A stretch of 64,000 nucleotides of DNA. It comes from Candidatus Micrarchaeota archaeon (GTDB lineage: Archaea; Micrarchaeota; Micrarchaeia; Micrarchaeales; CABMGC01). This document shows positions 1 through 10,489 of the stretch, in pieces. Location of the stretch: the NCBI GenBank assembly GCA_027319905.1, contig DAHVMJ010000001.1, forward strand, positions 1-64,000. Reading direction: 5' to 3'. The notes beneath the pieces were generated by a model, which saw only the letters and a program-made list of their open reading frames with translations, did no database searches and was not told where the DNA came from. A program made the translations under genes and the position numbers. The stretch's first letter is position 1. Every line of letters starts with the position of its first letter.

Positions 1-1520
1 CGCTTCTCCTCATAATGAGACTCCGCGGCCATTTGCACGTTTCAAGTGGACTATCCCCAAGCGTCAGAAATGCACCTTGTGTTGCCACACCTACGCAATG
101 GGCGCATGAATTTTAACATGCTTCCCTTTTGCTGGGTAGTGATTGGCTCCCAGCTTAGGATCGGCTAACTCCCCGCTAAAGATTATGTCGGGGAAAACCT
201 TGTGCTTCCGGCGTACTGGATTCTTTCCAGTATTTGCTGTTACTTACACCAGGATCTTCTCAACTGTACGGTCCATCCGGCCTCAAAGCCGAACTTCTTG
301 CCATACAGCACGCCCTTCTACCAACACGTCATTGCTGACGTCTCTGGGGTCTCGGTACACGGTTTAGCCCCGTCCATCTTCAGAGAATCATGTCTCAATC
401 GGTACGCTGTTACGCGTTTTTTGAAGGATGGCTGCTTCTAAGCCTACCTCCCGACTGTCTGCGACACAACCCTCCTTCGATACACTTAACCATGATTTGG
501 GGACCTTAACCTCAGTCACTCGCTTTCAAGTCTCGCCGCACTAGCTTACCCAATGCCGCCGACTCCCGGGTTACGCAGCGCACATATTCGGAGTTTGACT
601 CGATGGCCGAGCCTTTCGGCACGCACCAAAGAATCGGTCGCTCTACCACGTGCGCAAGCTGCCCAAGGCTATCCTAAAGATACTTCGAAGGGGACCCGTT
701 ATTGCCATGTTCGAACGGTCTATCGCCCCTACTCGCAGGTCACCCAACAGGATATACCATGACAGGTTGCGGGCCTCCATCGAGCGTCAACTCGACTTCG
801 CCCTGCCCGCGAGTAGTTCACAATGGCTTCGGGTCGTAGAATAGTGGCTGAGGCGCTTTCGCACCCGCTCCCCTTGCGAGGAGACTCGCTTTCGCTTCGC
901 TTTGATACTCGCCACTACCTTACACTCCCTGGCTCTTGCTTCAAGAAGAAGGGTAAAACACTGATCCCTCTTGCGAGTTCATCTCTTTGCGCCTTACCTT
1001 CTTGTAACCACCTAGTTTCAGATCTTTTCACCCGCACACGTGTGCGTACTTTTCAACTTTCGCTCAAGCTACTTGTTCGCTATCGGTCTCTAGTCTATAT
1101 TTAGGGTTGGAGTTTAATGCCCCCATATTCGCACGACGTACTCAGGCCGTGCTACTCTTTTTACAGCTCATTCCACACCGCTTCCGCCTACGAGGCTGTC
1201 ACTCTCTTTGGCCGCTCTTTCCAGAGCGTTCGACTAATGGTGCGGACCTTGCTGAACTACATCTCCCGACTTTTGCAAATCGGGATTCGGCTTGCCCTGT
1301 GCCACTTTCACTCGCTGTTACTAATGGCATCTCAATTGATTTCTTTTCCTGCGGGTACTAAGATGCTTCAATTCCCCGCGTGAGGCTCGCGCACTTGCGT
1401 GCGCGCGATTCGGTGATCCCAGGTTCAAAGGCTGACATGCGCCTACCCTGGGCTTATCGCAGCTTGCCACGACCTTCTTCGCTACTAGAGCCTAGTCATC
1501 CCCTAGATGGCTTAAATTAA
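1..1520 (-). rRNA. rrl: 23S rRNA, 5' portion (continues past window start); no 16S gene upstream
   Basis: Reverse complement has conserved LSU motifs (AAGCCATCTAGGGGATGACTAGGC near 5' end, GGGGAATTGAAGCATCTTAGTACCC, TAGCGAACAAGTA, GAGGTTAAGGTCCCCAA). 5' end approximate. Confidence 0.97.
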
Positions 1521-1710
1521 ATTGCAAGTCAACTTCTCCTCAAATCAATTGCAGAAATGCAATCTCATATACCAAGCAACAAAGGCGCATAGTTAGATGA
1601 ATCTAACAACCTTTTTTCATCAAGCAAAAGCAGAGAGCTCGCTCTCAAAAGAAGCCTTTAGAAGCAAGGTGTGCTCATTCAAGCACCGGTCTATACTATG
1701 GCGTAGAAGG

Positions 1711-1718
1711 TTTATATA
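1711..1718 (-). promoter_or_regulatory. Putative TATA box for the 23S rRNA precursor
   Basis: TATATAAA on minus strand ~190 nt upstream of the mature 5' end, ahead of a hairpin-rich leader. Confidence 0.5.
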
Positions 1719-1741
1719 GATTGCTGAGGAGGGCCGCGCTG

Positions 1742-2452
1742 TTATGCTTGCTTCCTGAGCGCGCCGACGAGCACATCCCTGAGCCTCAGGGTGTCGCTTT
1801 CCATGAGATCGGCGTTCTCCCACGACGCTTTCCTGACATTTGCGTTCGGTTCGCTGGCGAGTATGCCCTTTATCACAAGATCTATGAACAGGTTTGCCTC
1901 GGGCCTTGCCTTTCTGACCTGCGACTCGAGCTTGCCGAGCATGTGCGTGTACAGCTCTATCCTTCCGTATTTGCCCACGTTCGTGGCCGCATGCGTAACC
2001 TCTTTCGTAGCCTTCGAGACGAGCGACTGGGTAATCTCGCTGACGCTTTGGCCCCTGTACCGAATCTCCAGCTTTTCCTTCTCGTCCTTCAGCAAAAGCA
2101 GAGCAGCGTTGTAGCTCTCAACTATCCATTTTTTGCTTTTCTCTGCCCGGGCTCTGACCGCCGGATCACTGTGCGAATCGAAAGAGCACTGGAAGTTGTA
2201 GTAGTTCTGCGCAACCTGCAAGCAGGACGAGAAGACCGCGTGCGGGTCTGTGAGGAGCGAGTACCCAATAATCGAGTCAACGCAGACATCGGTGGCTTTC
2301 TCGGCCTTTCTGTTGATCATGTCAGATTCTTTTATGAACTCCTCGTACTGGTCCGGATGCTTCACCCTTATCTCTAGCGGTTTGGCACCACCATGGCGCA
2401 TTACCGATTCGAAGACTGGATCGTCAACCAGCTGATATCTCGCCCTCATCAT
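1742..2452 (-). CDS. Hypothetical helical protein, paralog of 2424..3173
   Basis: 236-aa ORF; C-terminal PEANLFIDLVI...VRKASW motif shared with neighbour. Confidence 0.75.
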   Translation of the reverse strand: MMRARYQLVDDPVFESVMRHGGAKPLEIRVKHPDQYEEFIKESDMINRKAEKATDVCVDSIIGYSLLTDPHAVFSSCLQVAQNYYNFQCSFDSHSDPAVRARAEKSKKWIVESYNAALLLLKDEKEKLEIRYRGQSVSEITQSLVSKATKEVTHAATNVGKYGRIELYTHMLGKLESQVRKARPEANLFIDLVIKGILASEPNANVRKASWENADLMESDTLRLRDVLVGALRKQA

Positions 2453-3173
2453 TCTTTCCTCTACGACTGGATACGAGCACTTCCTTCTCGGTGAGGAATG
2501 GTGTATCTTGCATGTGGGCGTCGAGCCACGCCATCTTCCTGACCTTGATGTCCTCCTCGGCGTACAGAAGGTGCCTTATGAGGAGGTCTACGAAGAGCAC
2601 AGCTTCCGGATACTCTTTCTTTGATTTCTCATTGAGCGCCGAGATGACGTGCGCGTATATGTATGCCCTGACGTTTGTGCCTGCTCCGCGAGAGATGATG
2701 AACACTGCGGCTTCGGCGTAGGATTCAAAGAACTCGAGCCTGGCTGCCGGGCTCCAGGTTCCAACAACGGATTCCACGGCTTCCTTGCTCTCCGCGAGGG
2801 AGGCACACGATTCTGCATAGCGCATGTTGAGTTCGGTCAGGTCCTCCTTGGCGGCATCAAGGACCGCGGGGCTGCCTTCCGACTCGAGCACCTTTATGCG
2901 GATACGTTCCTCGCCCTCCTCCCTGGTCTTCCTGAGCTGCGATTCAAGAGTTTCCCATCTTTCGGTTATGAGGTAGTTGAGCACCTGTCGCCTGCATATC
3001 TCAGCGGCGGCCGCCACCTGCATGTTTAAATCATCAAGTTGTTTTTCGAAATCTGCGGATTTTTCTGGGTGAACGGCGGACACTTCTTCCTTTCCGAATA
3101 CGCCTTTGCCCCACATCTCTTCAACAACGTCATAGACCCTGCCTCTTTCAGCTATCTTCTTTGCAGATACCAC
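2424..3173 (-). CDS. Hypothetical coiled-coil protein, paralog of 1742..2452
   Basis: 249-aa ORF; PEAVLFVDLLI...VRKMAW motif; overlaps downstream gene. Confidence 0.75.
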   Translation of the reverse strand: MVSAKKIAERGRVYDVVEEMWGKGVFGKEEVSAVHPEKSADFEKQLDDLNMQVAAAAEICRRQVLNYLITERWETLESQLRKTREEGEERIRIKVLESEGSPAVLDAAKEDLTELNMRYAESCASLAESKEAVESVVGTWSPAARLEFFESYAEAAVFIISRGAGTNVRAYIYAHVISALNEKSKKEYPEAVLFVDLLIRHLLYAEEDIKVRKMAWLDAHMQDTPFLTEKEVLVSSRRGKNDEGEISAG

Positions 3174-3326
3174 CAGACTCTCCTCGACGCAGACACAGAC
3201 TAACTGAAGCGATATAAAACTTTATGTTAGGTTCGCGATTTCACGGCCACGCGATTCCTCTTCAAAACGAACAACGAGGAATGTTTAAATACAAGAAAAC
3301 GGAAGTTTGCTTGAAGGGAGGTAAGC

Positions 3327-4253
3327 ATGAGCAATGTGGATAGCAGCCACTTCGAAGATGTGCCAGATGCGTGTTCGTGCGGTAACGACAAGTTTCTGGA
3401 GGACAGCTTCAGGGGGCAGCTGATATGCGCGAAATGCGGCATCGTAGTGGCTCAGGGAGGGGTTGAAACCAAACAGATTCGCACGCCGCTCATCTTACGC
3501 GCGGTGAGGTACGACAAGACACCAACCACCATGATAGGAACCGCGAACGTGGATGCGTTTGGGAAGCGCATGCCCGGCGAAGACATAGAGAGATTGAGGA
3601 GACTTGACCAGATGCGTGGCTTTGTATCTGTAGCGCGGAAAGACGCGTTTAACAACCTTCAGAAATTTGCTGAAAAGCTTTACATCGGAGAGTCGGCACT
3701 GGAGATAGCCAACCGCATCTATAATTCTGCTGCGGCGAACGGCTTGCTGCGGGGCAGATCCTCTCTGGGGCTTGTCGCCACGTCGCTGTATATCGCTTGC
3801 AGGCAAGCCGAAGTCCCAAGAAGTATAAAAGAGATAAGCGAGGTTGTCGGAATTAACAGTGGTGAAATATTCAGGTGGGAGCAACTGCTTCAGAATAAGA
3901 TCGACATCGAGATTCCTGAGGTAGATCCGGCGAAATTCCTATCCAGCATAGCGTCAAATTTGAACGCCCATGCAGGAGAATGGAGGAGCAGAAAAGACGC
4001 GCGCGTCAGCGAGAGCGAGCAAAGAATAGCGCTCGGCCTCCTAAGACGGGTTCAGGAAGCGCGGCTCACCGCGGGAAGGAACCCGAAGAGCGTCCTGGCC
4101 GCGATTCTTTATATAGCTTGCGACGGTACGGTAGATCAGCGTTCCATAGCGATTGCGGCAGGGGTGAGCGAAGTGACTGTCAGAAACACATATCATGTTT
4201 TAATGGACAGGCTTTATCCGGGAACCAGGGCTGAGAAGGCAAAGATCGCATGA
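3327..4253 (+). CDS. tfb: Transcription initiation factor IIB (divergent TFB paralog)
   Basis: N-terminal Zn ribbon (CSCG...CAKCG), cyclin repeats (LLRGRS...LYIACR; GRNPKSV.AA.LYIA), [18 protein letters not shown]. Confidence 0.93.
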   Translation: MSNVDSSHFEDVPDACSCGNDKFLEDSFRGQLICAKCGIVVAQGGVETKQIRTPLILRAVRYDKTPTTMIGTANVDAFGKRMPGEDIERLRRLDQMRGFVSVARKDAFNNLQKFAEKLYIGESALEIANRIYNSAAANGLLRGRSSLGLVATSLYIACRQAEVPRSIKEISEVVGINSGEIFRWEQLLQNKIDIEIPEVDPAKFLSSIASNLNAHAGEWRSRKDARVSESEQRIALGLLRRVQEARLTAGRNPKSVLAAILYIACDGTVDQRSIAIAAGVSEVTVRNTYHVLMDRLYPGTRAEKAKIA

Positions 4254-4525
4254 CCGAAAAAATAAGATGCTCGCACATACTGGTTGAGAAGTTCTCTGTT
4301 GCACAGCAGCTTCTGGAGCGGCTGAAGAAGGGAGAGAGTTTTGCTGCTCTGGCGCAACAGTACTCGATAGATGGCTCGCGGAAGAGGGGTGGAGACCTCG
4401 GAGAGTTCGGGAGGGGCATGATGGTCAGGCCGTTCGAGGACGCTGCTTTCGCGCTTAAGCCGGGGGAGGTATCGGGAGTGGTCAAGACCGAGTTCGGCTA
4501 TCATATCATAAAGAGAACTGCGTGA
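4250..4525 (+). CDS. ppiC: Parvulin-type peptidyl-prolyl isomerase
   Basis: [38 protein letters not shown]. Confidence 0.95.
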   Translation: MTEKIRCSHILVEKFSVAQQLLERLKKGESFAALAQQYSIDGSRKRGGDLGEFGRGMMVRPFEDAAFALKPGEVSGVVKTEFGYHIIKRTA

Positions 4526-4633
4526 GGCGCTCTTGATGAAAGGAGTGCGGCATCGTCAAGCCACGATAGCTAAAGAGAATAGTTAAATAGACGGCGACAG
4601 CAGGTATACTGAGAGCACAATCAAGGGGAGATT

Positions 4634-4936
4634 ATGGTCGCTGTCATTGCGAGAGCGCTGAGGGAGGAAACGGTTGCTACAGGCACGCCGCTGAGGGAGG
4701 CTCTCTCGAAGAAGCTCCTTGACGTGGGCAGGAAGATGACCGCGGACGATATCATCATAGGTCTCGAGTCTCTCGTCCGCGAAGCCGGAGGCAAGGAGGC
4801 GGCGATTGGCGTACTCAACGAATTCGTAAATGAGGGCCTGCTGAAGTACGCGGAAGATGACAAATACGTGCCGACCCAGAGGCTTGGCGAGGTATTCATA
4901 CTGAGCTACAACGGGGGCCAGGTGCTGCGCGGTTAG
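4634..4936 (+). CDS. Hypothetical protein, possible winged-helix
   Basis: 100-aa ORF with GGGGAG RBS; LNEFVNEGLLKY...KYVPT resembles a wHTH wing. Confidence 0.6.
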   Translation: MVAVIARALREETVATGTPLREALSKKLLDVGRKMTADDIIIGLESLVREAGGKEAAIGVLNEFVNEGLLKYAEDDKYVPTQRLGEVFILSYNGGQVLRG

Positions 4937-4945
4937 ATCGGGGAA

Positions 4946-5473
4946 CTAACATTTGACTAGGCTCACGATTCTGGCTCCGTTGAGGGCTTCTCTTCCTTTC
5001 AGGTCTTCAAGTTCTACGAGAAACCCGAATCCCGCTACTGTCGCGCCAGCTTTCTCTACCAGCTCGTCAGCTGCTCTGGCCGTCCCTCCGGTGGCAAGCA
5101 GATCGTCTATTATCAGAACCCTTTTGTCTCGCTCCAGTGCATCTTCATGCATCTCGAGCGTCTCCCTCCCGTACTCCAGATCATAATCGACGCTTATCCT
5201 TTTGTAGGGCAGCTTGCCCTTCTTGCGGAGCGGTATGAAACCGACTTTCAGCCTGTTGGCGACCGCCGCGCCTATTATGAACCCCCTGGCTTCTATTCCG
5301 GCAACGTAGTCTATGTCGCTGTCCGCGAACCTGTCCGCCAGTTCTTCCACGCAGGCGCCGAACATCTTGAAGTCCTTGAGAACTGGTGTTATGTCCCTGA
5401 AAAGCACGCCCTTTTTTGGATAGTCTGGTATGCTTCTTATCTTAGCTTTTATCTGCGTCTCTAAATCGCTCAT
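4946..5473 (-). CDS. apt: Adenine phosphoribosyltransferase
   Basis: PDYPKKGVLFRDIT, GIEARGF, RKKGKLP, VLIIDDLLATGGT; start trimmed to MSDLE. Confidence 0.97.
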   Translation of the reverse strand: MSDLETQIKAKIRSIPDYPKKGVLFRDITPVLKDFKMFGACVEELADRFADSDIDYVAGIEARGFIIGAAVANRLKVGFIPLRKKGKLPYKRISVDYDLEYGRETLEMHEDALERDKRVLIIDDLLATGGTARAADELVEKAGATVAGFGFLVELEDLKGREALNGARIVSLVKC

Positions 5474-5538
5474 TCTGCCCCGCAATACTTTAAATAGAAA
5501 TGCTTTATAAATATGCAAACTCCATTTGGTTCGTTCTT

Positions 5539-6243
5539 ATGCGCATCAGCAAAGCACCCGCGGCATTGGGCCTCATACCTGACGGAAACAGGCGATGGGC
5601 GAGGGGCCACAGCCTTTCGTTTTTCAATGGTTACAGAACGGGAGTGGAGAAGTTCATCGATTTCGCCGACTGGTGCAAGGATTACGGGGTAGGGAACATA
5701 ACCGTGTGGGCGTTCTCCACCGAGAACTTCAGGAGACCGAGCCCTGAGAGGAACGCGCTGTTCGGCATTTACAAGAAGGTGGCCGCTGACAAGGAGATAC
5801 TTGAGAGGCTGCACGAAAACAAGACGAGGTTCAACGTGGTTGGCGAAAAGGCCATGCTGCCGAGAGACCTCAGGGCCGCCCTGAAGAAGGTCGAGATAGA
5901 GACGGGAGCCTACAAAGACAGAGTGATAAACATGCTCATAGCCTACGGCGGAAAGGATGACATACTTCATGCGGCAAAGATGCTTGTCAGGGACGCGGTG
6001 ACGCGTGGAGTGAGGAATGTGAACGAAACGCTTTTCAGAAGCTACATGATATCCAGGAGCGTGCCGGACATGGACCTCGTAATAAGAACATCAGGAGAGG
6101 AGAGGCTCTCCGGCTTCATGCCATGGCAGAGCGGCTACTCAGAATTGTACTTCAGCAAGAAATTATGGCCAGATTTTACACGCAAAGACCTGGAGCGCGC
6201 CCTCTCGGAGTACGAGAGAAGGCAGCGAAGATTCGGAGTCTAG
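5539..6243 (+). CDS. uppS: cis-prenyltransferase (undecaprenyl-diphosphate synthase family)
   Basis: IPDGNRRWA, FSTENFRR, IRTSGEERLSGF, RRFG C-terminus. Confidence 0.96.
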   Translation: MRISKAPAALGLIPDGNRRWARGHSLSFFNGYRTGVEKFIDFADWCKDYGVGNITVWAFSTENFRRPSPERNALFGIYKKVAADKEILERLHENKTRFNVVGEKAMLPRDLRAALKKVEIETGAYKDRVINMLIAYGGKDDILHAAKMLVRDAVTRGVRNVNETLFRSYMISRSVPDMDLVIRTSGEERLSGFMPWQSGYSELYFSKKLWPDFTRKDLERALSEYERRQRRFGV

Positions 6244-6264
6244 CGCTTGTTTCCCGTGTTTTAC

Positions 6265-8106
6265 ATGGCTGATTCAAGAAGATACATAACGCATTACGTA
6301 AAGTACTTCACGATGCAGGCGCCAAGCGTGACGACGCAGGTGCTCGTGCTTCTGCTGCTCGGGGGCGCGGCGGGAGGGTTTGCAAGCGTCATAATACATC
6401 TGCAGGGCGCAACCGACGGCCTGCTGCAGGTTGTGCTGTCGGGCTTGAGTTCGGGGGTTCTGGTGGTCAGCCTGCCGGCGCTGCTTACCGTGGCTGTGAT
6501 AAAGAGCATCAGGCGAAGGATGCTGCTGAGACATGCAATGCTCTCCACGCTTTTGATAACTTCCGTGTATGCGATACTGCTCTTCATAGGCTCGGCGTCT
6601 TTTGCGCTGACCAGGAACGCAACGCTATCCTATATCTTTCTGCTTGCCATAAACGCCGCCATATACGGCTACTGGCTCTTCGTGGGCAAGTTCCTGATAG
6701 GCGGGCTGCGGAAGATGGCGCTCGTGGCTGCGACGCAGCCGGTGCTTAACATACTCTTCTACCTTCCGCTCGGCAAATACATACTGAGTTTTAGCGCGCC
6801 GCTCAATCTCACGCTGATCAAGCTCTTTGCCGGCATGGTGGTCTTCCTCGCAGTGGGCTACTTCTTCATCTACCTGATAGACAGGCCTTCGAAGAAGATA
6901 CTAGAGGCAAGCGGGCTCAACGTGATGATCTCGATGGTTGGCCAGTGGCTTTTCAACCTTACAAATGATGTGAGCGTGCTGGGGCAGGGCGCGGGCGTGA
7001 GGAGGGACCTGAACATAGACGTGATCGCGCTGAAGAACAAAGACGGCTATGCGGGCATATTCGTCAACCCCGATGTGCACTTCGGCCCCTTCCACGGATC
7101 CGGAGGCAGCGTGGTGCCGCTCAGCATGGGCAAGATGCTTGCAGACAGGTTCGGTGCGACGCCGTTTGTGCTGCACGGCCCTCTGGACATACAGGACAAT
7201 CCCATAAGCACCGTGCAGGCGTATTCGCTTGCCTGGGAGGCAGAGAGGGGAATAAGGAAGATGAACAATTTCAGCAAGGCATACGGAGGACTCGCGCAGG
7301 GTGCGTCAGGCGCATGCAGGGCTATAAACATAGGGATCGGGAATACGCACATCTTCCTTCTAACCAAGGCCCCGCATGTGACGGAGGACATGACCCGGGA
7401 GGTGGGAATGCACCTCAGACAGGTTGCTGAGGGCGTTTCTAGAGGAAACTCGATAATCGTTGACGCACACAACACACGCTTCGAATCTGCGGGAGCCGAG
7501 GAGCTTTCCGGAGTACATGCTGGAAGCGAATATGTTGCGCGGTACGAGAAGGCGATAAGGAACACCGAGAATGCACGATGGAACAACAGGCTGGAGTTCG
7601 GCGCCGCGCACAAGAGAATCGCAGGCGCCCTGGGCGGCCCGAAGGATCTCGGAGAGGGCTACACGAGCGCGTGCGTATTCAAGTTTGGACGCAGGCGTTT
7701 TTGCATGATATACTTCGACGCCAACAACATGCTGCCTGGGTTCAGGGAGAAACTGATCGACCACGTGAGAAAGACGTTCAGGATGGAAGCAGAGGTGTGC
7801 ACGACGGACACGCACTCTCTGAACACGCTCTCGTCTACCGCGCGCATGGCGCTGGGCAGGAAGACGAATGCCAACAGCGTGATGCCGGTCGTTGACGCGC
7901 TGATAAAGAGCGCGATGGCGAATATAAAGCCGGTAAGCTACGCGTACAGGAGCATACGGGTAAAGAACTTCAGCGTGTGGGGCGACAAGGCGGAGATGCT
8001 CATCGAGCGCACCGGAGCCGAGGTCAGGAGAATGGTAACGTACGTTGGCCCGTTGGTCGTGGTGCTCGCTTTCATAGTGGCGGCGTGGGTAATCTACGTG
8101 GTCTGA
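6265..8106 (+). CDS. DUF2070-like membrane protein
   Basis: N-terminal multi-TM region plus soluble domain with VHFGPF..GGS, DAHN, DANN, TTDTH motifs. Confidence 0.8.
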   Translation: MADSRRYITHYVKYFTMQAPSVTTQVLVLLLLGGAAGGFASVIIHLQGATDGLLQVVLSGLSSGVLVVSLPALLTVAVIKSIRRRMLLRHAMLSTLLITSVYAILLFIGSASFALTRNATLSYIFLLAINAAIYGYWLFVGKFLIGGLRKMALVAATQPVLNILFYLPLGKYILSFSAPLNLTLIKLFAGMVVFLAVGYFFIYLIDRPSKKILEASGLNVMISMVGQWLFNLTNDVSVLGQGAGVRRDLNIDVIALKNKDGYAGIFVNPDVHFGPFHGSGGSVVPLSMGKMLADRFGATPFVLHGPLDIQDNPISTVQAYSLAWEAERGIRKMNNFSKAYGGLAQGASGACRAINIGIGNTHIFLLTKAPHVTEDMTREVGMHLRQVAEGVSRGNSIIVDAHNTRFESAGAEELSGVHAGSEYVARYEKAIRNTENARWNNRLEFGAAHKRIAGALGGPKDLGEGYTSACVFKFGRRRFCMIYFDANNMLPGFREKLIDHVRKTFRMEAEVCTTDTHSLNTLSSTARMALGRKTNANSVMPVVDALIKSAMANIKPVSYAYRSIRVKNFSVWGDKAEMLIERTGAEVRRMVTYVGPLVVVLAFIVAAWVIYVV

Positions 8107-9011
8107 TGGACTCGATCGTACTCTACGCGCTTGCGCTTCTTCTGCTGGTGCACAGATTCATGTGCACGAAGAGAAAACCTGCTGTTTTCCTGACTGCTGC
8201 CCTGGCAGCGGGTGCGGCGTTGGCTCTCTACGAAGGCGCTGACGTTCTGCTCATGCTCCTTGGCATACTTATATTCAATGGCCTGGTATCAACGTACCGC
8301 TCCAGGGAGAACTACGCCTTCTTCCTTCTCGCGATAATATTTGCAGTTCCCTTCTACTATCTGATAACGCTAGTATCGCAGACCGCTCTGCTGGGTTTGC
8401 TGAGCGGCGCATACCTCTTCCTGGGTCGCAGCAGAAGATCCAGCGTGATTGTTGAGAAAAGAAGAGACGTGGTCCAGATCATACTGGGGCTTGCCTTAGT
8501 ATCTCTTTTTGCAGTTTTCCCAGTTGCTTATGTCAAACTTCTACTGATAGTGGCAATACTTGTCTCGTCTACGCTGATCAACTTCAGTATGAGAAACAGG
8601 AAAAGCAGGGTATCGAAACTGCTCCACTCGTTCGAACGCGGAGGTGCTGTGCTCGGCCAGGGGGCGATGTGGCTCGCTGCTGGAACTCTCGTGATTGTCT
8701 CATTCCTTAATGGAGCGGTAATGATTGCAGCCCTTATCGCGATTTTCGTGGGAGACGCGATAGCGACGCTGATGGGCACGGAGTACAAGACGCCGCTTCC
8801 ATACAACAAGAAAAAGAGCATCGCTGGGACGCTCGGTTACTTTGCCGCAACCGCCGTAATCGCCTTCCCGTTTATAGGTTATGCTTGTCTGCTTGTCGCG
8901 CTGGTAGGGGCGTTGGTGGAGAGCCTGCCTAGGCACATAGATGACAACTTCGACACTGCAATTGCACTTACGGCCCTGCTTCTTTTTTTAACTGTATTTA
9001 AGCTACTCTGA
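8106..9011 (+). CDS. Dolichol/phytol kinase-like membrane protein (CTP_transf_1)
   Basis: GDAIATLMG...KKSIAGT...VESLP..DDN; ATG overlaps upstream TGA. Confidence 0.85.
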   Translation: MDSIVLYALALLLLVHRFMCTKRKPAVFLTAALAAGAALALYEGADVLLMLLGILIFNGLVSTYRSRENYAFFLLAIIFAVPFYYLITLVSQTALLGLLSGAYLFLGRSRRSSVIVEKRRDVVQIILGLALVSLFAVFPVAYVKLLLIVAILVSSTLINFSMRNRKSRVSKLLHSFERGGAVLGQGAMWLAAGTLVIVSFLNGAVMIAALIAIFVGDAIATLMGTEYKTPLPYNKKKSIAGTLGYFAATAVIAFPFIGYACLLVALVGALVESLPRHIDDNFDTAIALTALLLFLTVFKLL

Positions 9012-9013
9012 AC

Positions 9014-9928
9014 TCACGGAGCAGTATATCCACTCGTCCACTGGTTCGTGTAAGTCACTCCGTTAGGTGCGCCGTTGTCGTTATTTCCTGAATAGTCGTT
9101 CGCGTTGCCGTTGAGCGGCCACCAACCAACTAGGTTCTGTAGCTTGATGGGCGCACCACCGATACCTTCGAGATAAAGAGCGGCTATCTCATTTGCTGAG
9201 AGGGAGGTGTTGTAGACCTGAAAATCAGCCATATACTGACTACCAAAAAAGTTACGGCCGCCTACGTAATCCAGCGCGCCTAAAAGCAAAGTCGTAGTTC
9301 CTGACGCAAGGGAGTTGGAATAGATTGCAGAATTTACCTGCACGCCATTCACGTAAAGTATCCAATTGGTTGGAGTTTTGACTAGACTCAGAAATGTCCA
9401 ACTATTTAGAGGGAGTCCTCCAGCGTCAGGGCAGGGCTGGTCGTATGCACCTGACGAATCCTTGTAGCCGTAGCATATATCGTATGACACTTCACTTTGC
9501 ACCCAGATAGCGTCATCCAAATTGTCACCTCCAGAATAGGGGACGTCTACCGAAAACACACGTAGATTGTTACCGCTACCATGTGACTGTGGGTATTCCC
9601 AAAACGAAACCGCAAAACTGTTCAGTCCTCCGAGACCAAGATTCCCGCTGGCATATATATATTGACTGCTCGTCCCATTGAACGACGCCGAATACTGCGG
9701 AAGCTCTCCACTGCACACTCCCTCAAGATTAATCAGCGTTGATGTTCCGGGTCCGTTTGGCCTGAGAACCTGGCAGGCACCAGGCGGAGCTCTTGGCGCG
9801 AATATGCTTGCATTAAATACACCAAGTTGGAATAGGGCGCCCAGCACCACTGCGATGATGAGAATGGCCCAACCGTAGGTCATCAGGTACTCCATCGCGG
9901 ACTGCGCTTTGTTATTTCTACGACGCAT
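9014..9928 (-). CDS. LamG-like jellyroll surface protein with class III (pilin-type) signal peptide
   Basis: KAQ/SAMEYLMTYGWAILII N-terminus; LYVNG, QVYNTSLSANEI, LVGWWPLNGNANDYSGN. Confidence 0.9.
   Translation of the reverse strand: MRRRNNKAQSAMEYLMTYGWAILIIAVVLGALFQLGVFNASIFAPRAPPGACQVLRPNGPGTSTLINLEGVCSGELPQYSASFNGTSSQYIYASGNLGLGGLNSFAVSFWEYPQSHGSGNNLRVFSVDVPYSGGDNLDDAIWVQSEVSYDICYGYKDSSGAYDQPCPDAGGLPLNSWTFLSLVKTPTNWILYVNGVQVNSAIYSNSLASGTTTLLLGALDYVGGRNFFGSQYMADFQVYNTSLSANEIAALYLEGIGGAPIKLQNLVGWWPLNGNANDYSGNNDNGAPNGVTYTNQWTSGYTAP
9869..9899 (-). repeat. 31-nt inverted repeat, copy A (pilin N-terminal coding motif)
   Basis: Minus strand CGCGATGGAGTACCTGATGACCTACGGTTGG; 30/31 identical to + strand 20644..20674. 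Confidence 0.9.
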
Positions 9929-9986
9929 ACGGCTCCGCTACTCTATCTGTAGCAAAAAATAAGAGTATTGGGTTGCACTCTGTGCA

Positions 9987-10487
9987 CTATACCCTTCTCC
10001 CCCTTCTTCCGCCAGGCCTCCTTGTAGTGTCTGTTGGTATGGGGGTTACATCCTCTATGCTGCCGATCTTGAAGCCGCTTCTCGCAAGCGCTCTAACCAC
10101 GGCCTGCGCCCCTGGCCCTGGGGTCTTGGGTCCGTGGCCGCCTGGCGCGCGTATCTTAATGTTGATGTGCGTCACTCCCTTCTCTATCGCCGTTGCCGCT
10201 ACCTTGTATGCCGCCTGCATCGCCGCGTAGGGTGAGCCCTCCTCGCGGTCAGCGTCGACTATCATGCCGCCGCTTCCTATGGCTATGGTCTCGGCGCCGG
10301 AAAGGTCTGTGAGCGTGATTATCGTGTCGTTCTTCGAAGAGAAAATGTGCGCAACGCCCCAGCGTATGCCCTTGGGCTTGTACTTCTGCGTTGCCTCTAT
10401 TGCCGCCTCCTCAAAGGAGGCCTCGCCCTTCTTCTTTTGGGGCTTTTCCTCTGCTTGAGGCTGCTTTTGTTTTGTATCTTTGGCCAC
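9987..10487 (-). CDS. rps11: 30S ribosomal protein S11
   Basis: [43 protein letters not shown]. Confidence 0.98.
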   Translation of the reverse strand: MAKDTKQKQPQAEEKPQKKKGEASFEEAAIEATQKYKPKGIRWGVAHIFSSKNDTIITLTDLSGAETIAIGSGGMIVDADREEGSPYAAMQAAYKVAATAIEKGVTHINIKIRAPGGHGPKTPGPGAQAVVRALARSGFKIGSIEDVTPIPTDTTRRPGGRRGRRV

Positions 10488-10489
10488 GC

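Noticed and set aside
143..1383. Plus-strand ORFs in the track
   Set aside because: They lie antisense to the 23S rRNA and are spurious.
1..1520. Intron or homing endonuclease in the 23S gene
   Set aside because: Conserved motifs are spaced as expected and no inserted ORF is evident in the visible part.
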